The notes under the pieces were generated by a model that saw only the letters and a list, made by a program, of their open reading frames with translations, was not told where the DNA came from and ran no database searches. Positions 1 to 8,300 of a stretch of DNA of 13,605 nt are shown here, one piece after another. Position 1 is the stretch's first letter; the number at the start of each line of letters is the position of its first letter. The stretch is from Abditibacteriaceae bacterium. GTDB taxonomy: Bacteria; Armatimonadota; Abditibacteriia; Abditibacteriales; Abditibacteriaceae. Both the position numbers and the translations under genes were made by a program. The DNA is taken from NCBI GenBank assembly GCA_031425655.1, contig JANPJS010000129.1:1-13605 (forward strand), read 5' to 3'.

Positions 1-54
1 TACGAAGTCCGCCTTCGCGGACTAAAAATCGAGTCCGCGAAGGCGGACTTTGTA
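1..54. repeat. REP-like inverted doublet (two head-to-head AGTCCGCCTTCGCGGACT palindromic units)
   Basis: 1-23 TACGAAGTCCGCCTTCGCGGACT and 32-54 AGTCCGCGAAGGCGGACTTTGTA are reverse complements (22/23). Each unit is itself a hairpin (AGTCCGC-4 nt-GCGGACT). A near-identical unit recurs at 13586-13603. Confidence 0.8.
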
Positions 55-57
55 AAG

Positions 58-82
58 GTAGCGCCCCATTTTAATGGGGTGT
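58..82 (+). repeat. GTAG-type REP hairpin
   Basis: GTAG at 58-61 runs into an imperfect stem GCGCCCCATT-TT-AATGGGGTGT (61-82). This is the GTAG+palindrome layout of REP elements. Confidence 0.6.
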
Positions 83-110
83 CACGGGAAAAAATTCCTT
101 AAGTTGATGC

Positions 111-139
111 GTATGGGACACGCCGTAGCGTGTCCCTAC
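111..139 (-). repeat. GTAG-type REP palindrome just downstream of the isomerase stop (possible mRNA 3' stem-loop)
   Basis: The minus strand reads GTAGGGACACGC-TACG-GCGTGTCCCATAC, with a perfect 9-bp stem (115-123/128-136). It lies 6 nt after the stop codon ending at 146. Confidence 0.7.
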
Positions 140-145
140 AAAGCT

Positions 146-1192
146 TCAACGACCCAACAGGTTTTTCACGATAAATCGCTCCAAGCCTTCGTAATCGCGC
201 GCGGCGATGTAGCTTTGCCATTCGTCGCGGTTGATGCTGTAGCTGAGGTCTAAAAGCTCGAAGAAAATCTCTTTCGAGTGCTTCAAATGCAGGTGCGAAA
301 GCTCCGCCGGTTGAGTTCGCATCGCTTTCACGTCCAAGCCGACGACTTCGCCCCGTTTGCCGTAGCCGGCGCGCACTAAAACGTCTACCTGGTTCCAAGC
401 GCGCCGCAAATCTACGGCGCCAAACGCCTTGTCCTGATCGTATTTCAGGCCGTTCTGGTCGTTGAGATGCACGCCCCACAGCTTGTCGTGCCACAGCGCA
501 TAAGCGAATTCTTCGGACGGATCGAGGCCCGCTAAAATGCAGTGCGCGCTTTCGATGAGCGCGCCGACACGCGACGGGTCGCTCGTCTTTTGCGCGAAGG
601 CCAGCCAGTGGCCGGTTGTCGGCAAAAACATCAAATCCATCGGCTCGTTCGGCTTCATTTCGCCTAAAATGCGAATTTCTTTGTCGTAATCGAGCAGCGC
701 ATTGGCCCATTCGAGCATTCGTTCAAACGCGGCTACGGCGTCTTTGCTTTCGCGGACGTAAGTGCCTTCGCGCGCCGGCCACCACACCATGTCTTTGGTG
801 CCGAGCAGGTTCGCCACGTCCACGGCGCGCAGGCCGCGTTCCAATGCCCACTGGCGGTCACTCGCGTTGTTGCTGGTGACGGGGCCGTCAATGCCGCGCG
901 CGTCTTCCCAGTAGCGCGGCGCGACAAATTCGGCGCGCAAACCGTTGTCGTCGAGCAGCTTTTTAATGCCTTGCGCGATGCGTTCGCGTTCTTGCGGCGT
1001 GGCGTCGTCGGGAACGGCGTCGTCGTCGTGAAACTGCACGTAATCGAAGCCCAAATCCTTGAGCAGCTTGAATTTTTCGGCGATTTCGCGCTCGACGCGC
1101 ACAGCGGGGCCAAACGGGTCGGCGCCGGGATGCAGATTCCACGGCCCGGCGGAGAAACGAAAATCTTCTTTACAACTCCAATTGGTGTTCAT
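146..1192 (-). CDS. Xylose isomerase-family sugar isomerase (TIM barrel), 348 aa
   Basis: Motifs GxDPFG, FHDDD, WPAREG, EMKPNEP, ESAH, HLNDQNGLKYDQD and LDVK match class I XylA-type metal/substrate sites. Start placed at ATG 1192 (preceded by AAAGGAAAACCC) rather than GTG 1210. Substrate is uncertain, so no symbol is given. Confidence 0.88.
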   Translation of the reverse strand: MNTNWSCKEDFRFSAGPWNLHPGADPFGPAVRVEREIAEKFKLLKDLGFDYVQFHDDDAVPDDATPQERERIAQGIKKLLDDNGLRAEFVAPRYWEDARGIDGPVTSNNASDRQWALERGLRAVDVANLLGTKDMVWWPAREGTYVRESKDAVAAFERMLEWANALLDYDKEIRILGEMKPNEPMDLMFLPTTGHWLAFAQKTSDPSRVGALIESAHCILAGLDPSEEFAYALWHDKLWGVHLNDQNGLKYDQDKAFGAVDLRRAWNQVDVLVRAGYGKRGEVVGLDVKAMRTQPAELSHLHLKHSKEIFFELLDLSYSINRDEWQSYIAARDYEGLERFIVKNLLGR

Positions 1193-1261
1193 GGGTTTTC
1201 CTTTGGACACTGATTTTAACCCAGTTTTGTTATAACTTTCAGGGAATTTTCGGAGGAAAAT
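1193..1261. promoter_or_regulatory. Short AT-rich divergent promoter region
   Basis: 69 nt between divergent starts. Contains a -10-like TAAAAT on - (1213-1218), a palindromic GTTATAAC (1229-1236, giving TATAAC on both strands) and SD GGAGG at 1252-1256 for the + gene. Confidence 0.45.
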
Positions 1262-2236
1262 ATGGCTTCATCGTTAACGCGCCGCGATTTTCTGCGCCGC
1301 TCCTTTGCTTTTAGCGCCGCCGTAGCACTTGGCGCCGGACAACGCGGCGTTTCGGCGCAGGAAATCGGCGGCGACGACCAGCACTTGCTGATGCTCGGCG
1401 ATTGGGGCTATGGTCGCAATTCGGCGTCGCAGCGCAGCGTCGCAGAGGCCATGAAAGGCTACGTGCAGGCCACGAAAATTCGTCCCGCCGGCATGGCGCT
1501 GCTCGGCGACAACTTTTACGGCGCTTTCAAAGGCGGCGTGGATTGCCCGCGCTGGCAAAACGAATTTGAAGAAATGTATCCGCGCAGCTTGGTAGACGGC
1601 CCGTGCTGGGCCATGCTCGGCAACCACGATTACGACGACGAACCCGTTGATAAATTGAAAGCCGAATTAGCCTACGGCCCGGCCAAAAACTCGCGTTGGA
1701 CAATGCCCGCCAAATGGTATCGCTTCGATTTTCCGGCTGTGAATCCGGTTGCAACTTTCATCGTTCTCGATTCCAATTATCATAACTCGCGTGTTTCGCT
1801 GACCGATGAAGAAAAGGCCGCGCAGATGCAATGGCTGAACGCCGAACTCGAAAAGCCGCACGCGCCGTGGCTGCTGATGATGGGCCATCATCCGCTTTAT
1901 TCCAACGGGCCGCACGGCGACGACGCGGCATTGATTAAAGATTGGGCGCCGCTTTTCAAAAAGCATGGCGCGCACTTTTACTTCTGCGGCCATGACCACG
2001 ATATGCAGCACCTCGAACTCGAAGACCATCCGACTTCGTTCATTGTGTCGGGCGGCGGCGGCGCGAAACTTTATCCAGTGAAAACCAACAAGCGCGGCAC
2101 CTTCGTGCAGGAAATCTACGGTTTCAGCCACTTGCAACTAAGCAAAGAGCGCATCATCGTGCGCCACGTCGGGCCGGACGCCAAGCAAATCCACGCCATG
2201 CAAAAAACTCTGGACGGCAAAATCGCTATTCTCTAA
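1262..2236 (+). CDS. Tat-exported purple acid phosphatase / calcineurin-like metallophosphoesterase (ACP5/TRAP-like), 324 aa
   Basis: Twin-arginine signal TRRDFL...VSA|QE. All five PAP blocks are present: GDWG, GDNFY, GNHD, MGHH, GHDH. SD GGAGG. Confidence 0.9.
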   Translation: MASSLTRRDFLRRSFAFSAAVALGAGQRGVSAQEIGGDDQHLLMLGDWGYGRNSASQRSVAEAMKGYVQATKIRPAGMALLGDNFYGAFKGGVDCPRWQNEFEEMYPRSLVDGPCWAMLGNHDYDDEPVDKLKAELAYGPAKNSRWTMPAKWYRFDFPAVNPVATFIVLDSNYHNSRVSLTDEEKAAQMQWLNAELEKPHAPWLLMMGHHPLYSNGPHGDDAALIKDWAPLFKKHGAHFYFCGHDHDMQHLELEDHPTSFIVSGGGGAKLYPVKTNKRGTFVQEIYGFSHLQLSKERIIVRHVGPDAKQIHAMQKTLDGKIAIL

Positions 2237-2266
2237 GGAAAGAGAATCAACCACAAGGAATCAAAC

Positions 2267-3583
2267 ATGAAACCGTTTTGGCGTCGGATTCGGGGTGTGC
2301 TGCCCAGCAATTGGGTTCTGCTGGCCCTTTTCGTGGCCCTGCCGGGGCTACGCTTGGCGGCTCAGGACAAAGGCGCCGATTGGCCGCAGTTTCGCGGCGC
2401 CGGCGGGCAGGGCGTCAGTGCCACGCGAGACTTGCCGCTGACTTGGAGTCCTACCGAAAACGTGGCATGGAAGAGCGAGTTGCCCGGAGCGGGCACGTCC
2501 AGCCCGATTGTCGTCGGCTCGCGCGTCTTCGTGACCTGTTACAGCGGTTACAGCGTGCCGGGCCAACCGCGTGGCGATTTGGCACAGCTTAAATTGCACG
2601 TCGTCTGCCTGAATCGCGCTGACGGCAAGCTGCTCTGGAATAAAGAAGTCGCGCCCAAACTGCCGGAGCAGGAGGGAATTCGTGAGGGGCATGGCTACGC
2701 CTCCGGCACGCCGGTAGCCGATGGAGAGCGGGTTTATGTTTTCTTGGGCAGAACCGGCGTGATTGCTTTCGACCATCAGGGACGCCAGTTATGGCAAACC
2801 GAGGTCGGCTCGCAGGTTAGTGGTTGGGGATCGGCGGCCTCGCCCATCCTGTTCGGCGATTTGTTGATCGTCAACGCGAGCGTTGAGAGTGAGTCCCTTG
2901 TGGCATTGGACAAGAAAACCGGCACGGAGAAGTGGCGCGCATCGGGCATCCGCGAAGCGTGGAATACGCCTCTCATGGTGCCGGTCGGAGGCGGCAAGAC
3001 AGAACTGGTGATCGCCAGCTACATGAAGCTGCTGGCCTTCGATCCGGCAACGGGCAAACCGCTCTGGTCGTGCGCCACCGATATCAACTGGTATATGGTG
3101 CCCAGCCTCGTCGCGCATCAGGGCATCGTCTATTGCATTGGTGGACGCTCTGGTGGCAGCCTCGCCGTGCGCGCCGGTGGGCAAGGAGATGTGACTGGGA
3201 CGCACCGCTTGTGGACGGGCCGTAAGGGTTCCAACGTCTCCTCGCCGCTCATCCACGAAGGCCATCTTTACTGGATGAACGATAACAACGAAAGCGCCTA
3301 TTGCGCCGAGGCCCAAACGGGCAACCTCGTCTACGAGCAGCAGATCGGAAGGGCTGGCCAAGTCTATGCCTCGCCGGTGCTGGCCGGGGGCAAAATCTAC
3401 TATGTGACGCGCAATGGACGCACTTTCGTCGTGGCTGCCAAACCTGCCTACGAATTACTGGCCAACAACGAGACGGCGGACAGGGGCACCGACGGCAGCA
3501 CCTTCAATGCCAGTCCTGCCATTGCCGGGAGCCAGCTCTTTCTGCGCTCTGACCGCTTTTTGTATTGCTTAGGCCGCAAGTAA
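2267..3583 (+). CDS. Secreted PQQ-binding-like / BamB-like beta-propeller repeat protein, 438 aa
   Basis: Hydrophobic signal followed by DWPQFRG. Repeated SSP(I/V) and D..(T)G..W propeller motifs, C-terminal ASPAIAGSQLFLRS..LYCLG. SD AAGGA upstream. Confidence 0.85.
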   Translation: MKPFWRRIRGVLPSNWVLLALFVALPGLRLAAQDKGADWPQFRGAGGQGVSATRDLPLTWSPTENVAWKSELPGAGTSSPIVVGSRVFVTCYSGYSVPGQPRGDLAQLKLHVVCLNRADGKLLWNKEVAPKLPEQEGIREGHGYASGTPVADGERVYVFLGRTGVIAFDHQGRQLWQTEVGSQVSGWGSAASPILFGDLLIVNASVESESLVALDKKTGTEKWRASGIREAWNTPLMVPVGGGKTELVIASYMKLLAFDPATGKPLWSCATDINWYMVPSLVAHQGIVYCIGGRSGGSLAVRAGGQGDVTGTHRLWTGRKGSNVSSPLIHEGHLYWMNDNNESAYCAEAQTGNLVYEQQIGRAGQVYASPVLAGGKIYYVTRNGRTFVVAAKPAYELLANNETADRGTDGSTFNASPAIAGSQLFLRSDRFLYCLGRK

Positions 3584-3678
3584 AGCCCCAGCTAAAATAA
3601 TCAGAGCGGAGCCTTTAGGGTTGGTTCTCCCACCACTTGGCCCTGAGAGACAGTCTGAGAATTTGCTTTCGCACTTCG

Positions 3679-3703
3679 GGAACCGTTGCGCCCTGCCGGT
3701 GTT
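3679..3703 (+). promoter_or_regulatory. Putative ECF sigma-factor promoter (GGAAC-N17-GTT) for msrA
   Basis: GGAAC 3679-3683, 17-nt spacer, GTT 3701-3703, ending 43 nt before the msrA ATG. Motif match only. Confidence 0.45.
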
Positions 3704-3746
3704 ACAAAGAGTGTCCGCCGAAAATCAACAACCGGACAGGAGAAAC

Positions 3747-4445
3747 ATGAAACATTTCAACCCCTCACGCCCATCGTTTTTTGGCCGCGTCCTCTCGTTT
3801 GCCCTCGTCGGCGGCATGGCTCCAGCTCTGCTCACTTCATGCGGCCCGGCTGTTGCCGAACGCGGCGAGCAAGCGTCTAAAGCCAAAGTGTGGCCCGTCA
3901 CGCAGCCGAAAGCGGGCGAACAGGTGGCGACTTTAGCCGCCGGCTGTTTTTGGAGCCTGGACTCTATTTTCAAGCAGCTCAAAGGCGTGTCTAACGTCGA
4001 GCCGGGCTACTCCGGCGGCAAAATCGCCTTTCCCAGCTACGAGCAAGTCGGAACGGCCACGACGGGCCACGCCGAAGCCATCAATGTTATCTTCGACCCG
4101 AAAGTGATTTCCTACCGCGACTTGGTGGAAGTGCTACTGACCGTCCACGATCCGACCACGCTCAACCGGCAAGGCCCGGACGAAGGCCCGCAATACCGCT
4201 CGGTAATCTTCGCGCACAACGACGCGCAAAAGCAGGACGCCGAAGCGGTTTTCAAAAAGATTGAGGCCGCGCGCATTTGGAAAGGCCCTATTGTCACCAA
4301 AATCGAGCCGTATAAAGCCTTTTATCGCGCCGAGGATTATCACCTCAATTACTTTAATCTGAACCCGAATCAGCCGTATTGCGCCCGCGTCGTCGCGCCG
4401 AAAATCGAAGCGTTTCGCACCAAGTTCAAAGCGAAATTGAAGTAA
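3747..4445 (+). CDS. msrA: Peptide-methionine (S)-S-oxide reductase MsrA with lipoprotein signal, 232 aa
   Basis: GCFW active site, GYSGG, TGHAE, HDPTTLNRQGPD.GPQYRS, FYRAEDYH and C-terminal YC. Start ATG 3747 follows SD AGGAG. Lipobox LTS|C at residue 32. Confidence 0.93.
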   Translation: MKHFNPSRPSFFGRVLSFALVGGMAPALLTSCGPAVAERGEQASKAKVWPVTQPKAGEQVATLAAGCFWSLDSIFKQLKGVSNVEPGYSGGKIAFPSYEQVGTATTGHAEAINVIFDPKVISYRDLVEVLLTVHDPTTLNRQGPDEGPQYRSVIFAHNDAQKQDAEAVFKKIEAARIWKGPIVTKIEPYKAFYRAEDYHLNYFNLNPNQPYCARVVAPKIEAFRTKFKAKLK

Positions 4446-4466
4446 TCGTTGCAGCAAAATGAGAAC

Positions 4467-4503
4467 GGCGCCCGCGAAATTTTCGCGGGCGCCATTGTTT
4501 TTT
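4467..4503 (+). terminator. Rho-independent terminator of msrA
   Basis: GGCGCCCGCGAAA (4467-4479) / TTTCGCGGGCGCC (4481-4493) form a perfect inverted repeat followed by ATTGTTTTTT, 21 nt after the stop. Confidence 0.85.
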
Positions 4504-4669
4504 CCGCGCCTCACAAGCATGAATCGGCCCGGCAAGCCACACTTCGATTGAATTGTGATGCTCTCTGTTTACAGGTGGTGGTTTGTGCCGTTGTCGCCGT
4601 CGTGCATACTGCAAGCGCCGGTCAAGATATGCCGACCAAATTCAACTTGAAGTTTTTCAGGAGTTCACT

Positions 4670-5239
4670 GTGAAAATGAAGCATGGAACAGGCGCCGTAT
4701 TGTTGGCACTTTCACTTATGGCATCGCCGAGCGCGCACGCCGATTCCGATTCGGGCGCCGCCAAATTCGTTTCCGGCGCGGGAACCGCCATTTATCTCGG
4801 CGTCGGGACGTTGCTGCCGCTTTTGAAAGACGGCAAGGACGGAAAAGAGCGGTCAATCCGCATCGCAGACTCGGTTTTGACTTCCACTCTGATTTCCGAA
4901 GTCCTCAAAAACGTGGTGCATGAAAAGCGGCCCGATGGCTCGGATAATAAAAGCTTTCCCAGCAGCCACGCCACCGCCGCCTTTGCCGTCGCCACGATGC
5001 AAAGTCATTATCACCCCAAACAAGCCCTGCTCTGGTATGGCGGCGCCACGCTGATTGCCGCGTCGCGTGTGCAACTCGATAAGCATCACTGGCACGATGT
5101 TGCTGCCGGCGCGGCTCTGGGCTACTTCGTCAGCAAGTTTGAATTAAAGCGGCCTCGCGGCCTGCTTCTAACGCCCTTTATTCATAATAAAGGCGCCCGG
5201 CACACCTCAACCGGCCTTTCGCTAACCCGCACGTTTTGA
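4670..5239 (+). CDS. PAP2-family (type 2 phosphatidic acid phosphatase superfamily) phosphatase, ~189 aa
   Basis: C1 K-x6-RP (KNVVHEKRP), C2 PSSH (canonical PSGH), C3 SR-x5-H-x3-D (SRVQLDKHHWHD). Signal peptide ending AHA|DS. GTG 4670 lies 6 nt after SD AGGAG (alternative start ATG 4676). Confidence 0.85.
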   Translation: MKMKHGTGAVLLALSLMASPSAHADSDSGAAKFVSGAGTAIYLGVGTLLPLLKDGKDGKERSIRIADSVLTSTLISEVLKNVVHEKRPDGSDNKSFPSSHATAAFAVATMQSHYHPKQALLWYGGATLIAASRVQLDKHHWHDVAAGAALGYFVSKFELKRPRGLLLTPFIHNKGARHTSTGLSLTRTF

Positions 5240-5290
5240 TGCAGAGAGGCGAACCCAGCGCGTTAGCAGCAAATCGGCAACCCTTGCAAC

Positions 5291-5353
5291 CAATCCGAGG
5301 CGGCTAACAGCCGGTTATTGCCCGCTGACAGTCAATCCGAGGGCGCTGACAGC
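5291..5353. repeat. Three imperfect 21-bp tandem units sharing the core GCT(A/G)ACAG
   Basis: 5291-5311 CAATCCGAGGCGGCTAACAGC; 5312-5332 CGGTTATTGCCCGCTGACAGT; 5333-5353 CAATCCGAGGGCGCTGACAGC. Units 1 and 3 match 18/21. Cores start at 5303, 5324 and 5345. Confidence 0.65.
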
Positions 5354-5361
5354 TAAAAACG

Positions 5362-8300
5362 TCAATTCGCCCACTGTTCGGAGCTGGCTTCGGCTTGTTC
5401 CAAGACTAAATCAATGGCGCGTTTTTCGGCGTCAGGCGGGTATTTGTATTTGCGCAGCGTGCGTTTGACCATGAGCCGCAGGCGGGCGCGCACCGCTTCG
5501 CGCACGTTCCAGTCCACGGTGACGCTGTTACGCAAATTCGTTGTCAGCTCGCGAGCGATGGCTTTTAAGGCTTCGTCGCTCATTTCCTGCAAAGCCGCTT
5601 CGTTGGTCAGCAAAGCATCATAAAAAGCCACTTCGTCATTGCTCAGTCCCAAACTTTCGCCGCGATTGAGGGCGGCGTTAAACTCGCGCGCCATTTGGAC
5701 GAGTTCTTCGATGACCTGCGCCGTTTCGATGGCGCGATTATGATAGCGAACGAGCGATTCTTCGAGTTTTTCCGAGAACTTGCGATTTTGCACGACGCTG
5801 GCTCCGGCCCGCGTGCGGATTTCATCGCGCAGCAAGCGTTCCAGCAATTCCACCGCGACATTTTTCTGCTTGAGGCCGGTGACTTCTTTAAGAAACGCTT
5901 CGGAAAGCAGGCCGATATTGGGCTTTTCGAGGCCCACGAGCGCAAATAAATCTTGCACGCCTTCGGAAGCCACCGCTTTGCTCATCAACTGGCGCACGAC
6001 TTCTTCGCGTTGGTGGCTTTGTTGTTTTTTGCTGACGGTTTCGCCTTTATGCAAAGTGGCTTCGATGGCCTGCAAAAAAGCGATTTCTTCGCGGTAAACG
6101 ATGGCTTCGGGCAATGTGGCGCACAAAGCAAACGCGCGCGAAATCAGGCGCACGCTTTCGCTGAAACGCTGCTTGCCGTCGCGGCCTTTGCTGTCGGGGG
6201 CGAGGCCCAAAATGTGGTCAACCGCTTCGCCGAGAATTAAATGCCCATCGGTGGCGAAGTCGCTCCAATCGAAACCGTGCAAAATGCCATGCACGGTTTC
6301 GAGATGCTCTTTGAGTTTGGGCAACACGCGCTGGGCGAGGTCGCCGCTTTCATCCAGAGGTTTATCGGCGGAGGCGTATTGGCGCAGGGCTTCTTTGAGT
6401 TCGTTGGCGATGCCGATGTAATCCATGACAAGGCCACCCGGTTTGTCGCGAAAGACGCGATTGACGCGCGCGATGGCTTGCATCAAGGTGTGGCCCTGCA
6501 TAATTTTGTCAACGTAAAGCGTGTGCAACGGCGGCACGTCGAAGCCGGTGAGCCACATATCGCGCACGATGACCAGCTTTAATTCGTCGTCGGGGTCTTT
6601 AAAACGCTTTTCGATGTCCTTGCGAACCTGCCGCGAATAAATATGAGGCCGCAGCAAACTTTTGTCGCTGGCGCTGCCCGTCATAATCACTTTAATTTCG
6701 CCTTGGGCCGGGTCGTCGCTATGCCATGCCGGGCGCAATTTGATGATTTCGTCGTAAAGGCGCACGCAGTTTTCGCGGCTCATGCACACTGCCATCGCCT
6801 TGCCGCCCATCGCTTCGACGCGCTTCTCGAAATGCGCCACAAGATCGGCGCCCAGTTGCTCCAAACGCGGCTGCAATCCGGCGATGCGCGCGGTTTCCGT
6901 CCATTGCGTGGTTAGCTTGGCTTTCTCACTTTCTTCTTCATCTTCGGTGAGTTCTGCGACTTCCTCATCCACCAAAGGCAGCACGGCTTTTTGGGTGTCG
7001 AGCGGGATAGGATGGCTGTCGTAATAAATCGGCACGATGGCGCCATCCTGCTGCGCCATTTGCATATCGTAAACATCCACATAAGGGCCGAACGTGGCTT
7101 GGGTGTCGCGCTCTTCCAACGAAACCGGCGTGCCGGTAAAGGCGATAAACGTGGCGTGAGGCAAGGCATCGCGCATATGCTTGGCGAGGCCGTATTGCAT
7201 CACGCCGGTTTTGCGATTCATGGTGCCGGTGATGCCATATTGCGTGCGGTGCGCTTCGTCGCAAATGACCACGATGTTTTCGCGGTCGGACAACTGCGGA
7301 AAGGCATCTTCCTCTTCAAAGGGCAGAAACTTTTGAATGGTCGTGAAAATCACGCCGCCCGCCGGACGCGACTTGAGCAAATGGCGCAGTTGCGCCCGCG
7401 AAGTGGCTTGCAGCGGCGTTTGGCGCAGCAGTTCGTGCGCTTCGCCGAAAGTCTCGAAAAGCTGACCATCCAAATCGTTGCGGTCGGTGACGCAAACAAT
7501 GGTCGGGTTTTTCATCGGCGCCGCCGACAGCACTTTGGCGGCATAAAGCGCCATCGTGATGCTTTTGCCGGAGCCTTGTGTGTGCCATACCACGCCGCCT
7601 TTGCGGTCGCCCGCAGCGGACGTTCCGTCGCTCGGCGCGCTGGCTTCGAGGGCGCGCTCAAACGCCTTTTGCACCGCGCGGTATTGATGAAAACCGGCGA
7701 TTTTTTTGATTAAAACGCCGCCTTCGTCTTCAAACAGCACGCCGTCGCGCAGGAATTTCAGCAGCACATCGCGCCTGAGCAGGCCGCGCACGAGGGTTTC
7801 GGTTTCTCGATGGGGGCCAAGCGGGTCGAGGCCGTGCCCTTCGATAATGCGCCAGTGCATGAAACGCTCTTTGTCGGCGGTGAGCGAGCCATAACGCGCC
7901 GTGACGCCATCGGCGACGACGAGAATTTCGTTGGAAAAGAACAAATCGGGAATCTGCTCTTTGTAATTTTGCAGTTGCTCGAAGGCTTTCCAGATGTCGG
8001 CGTTTTTATCGGCGGGATTTTTCAGTTCGATAACGACAATCGGCAAGCCGTTGAGAAAAATCAAAACATCGGGGCGGCGCGTGTGTTTTTGCCCCGAAAT
8101 CGGCAAACCCTGAATCGAAAACTGATTGACAGCCAGCCATTCGTTGGCGTTGGGATCGGAAAAATCGACCAAGCGCACCAAGTCGCCCACTGTTTCGCCG
8201 TCGCGCTGAAATTCGACGGGCACGCCATCGCGCAGCCAGCGATGAAACTGCCGATTCGCCGCCACAAAACCGGGCACATCGGGGTTTTGCAACAGCAAAA

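Noticed and set aside
3584..3746. Riboswitch in the msrA leader (two CTGAGA motifs, TPP-like)
   Set aside because: The other TPP aptamer elements (CCTGA...AATGC...GGGA) are missing, and the gene context does not fit.
3621..3746. Longer N-terminus for MsrA from TTG 3621 (likewise TTG 4583 for PAP2 and GTG 1210 for the isomerase)
   Set aside because: Downstream starts have proper SD spacing and, for MsrA and PAP2, put the signal peptide at the N-terminus.
4638..4656. Overlapping short palindromes TTCAA-C-TTGAA and AACTT-G-AAGTT upstream of the PAP2 gene
   Set aside because: 5-bp arms in an AT-rich stretch are too short to support an operator call.
4449..4673. 74-aa ORF between msrA and PAP2
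   Set aside because: Crosses the msrA terminator, has no SD and has no recognisable features.
5291..5353. Mini-CRISPR or attachment site
   Set aside because: Units are contiguous 21-mers without repeat-spacer structure, and no cas, integrase or tRNA gene is nearby.
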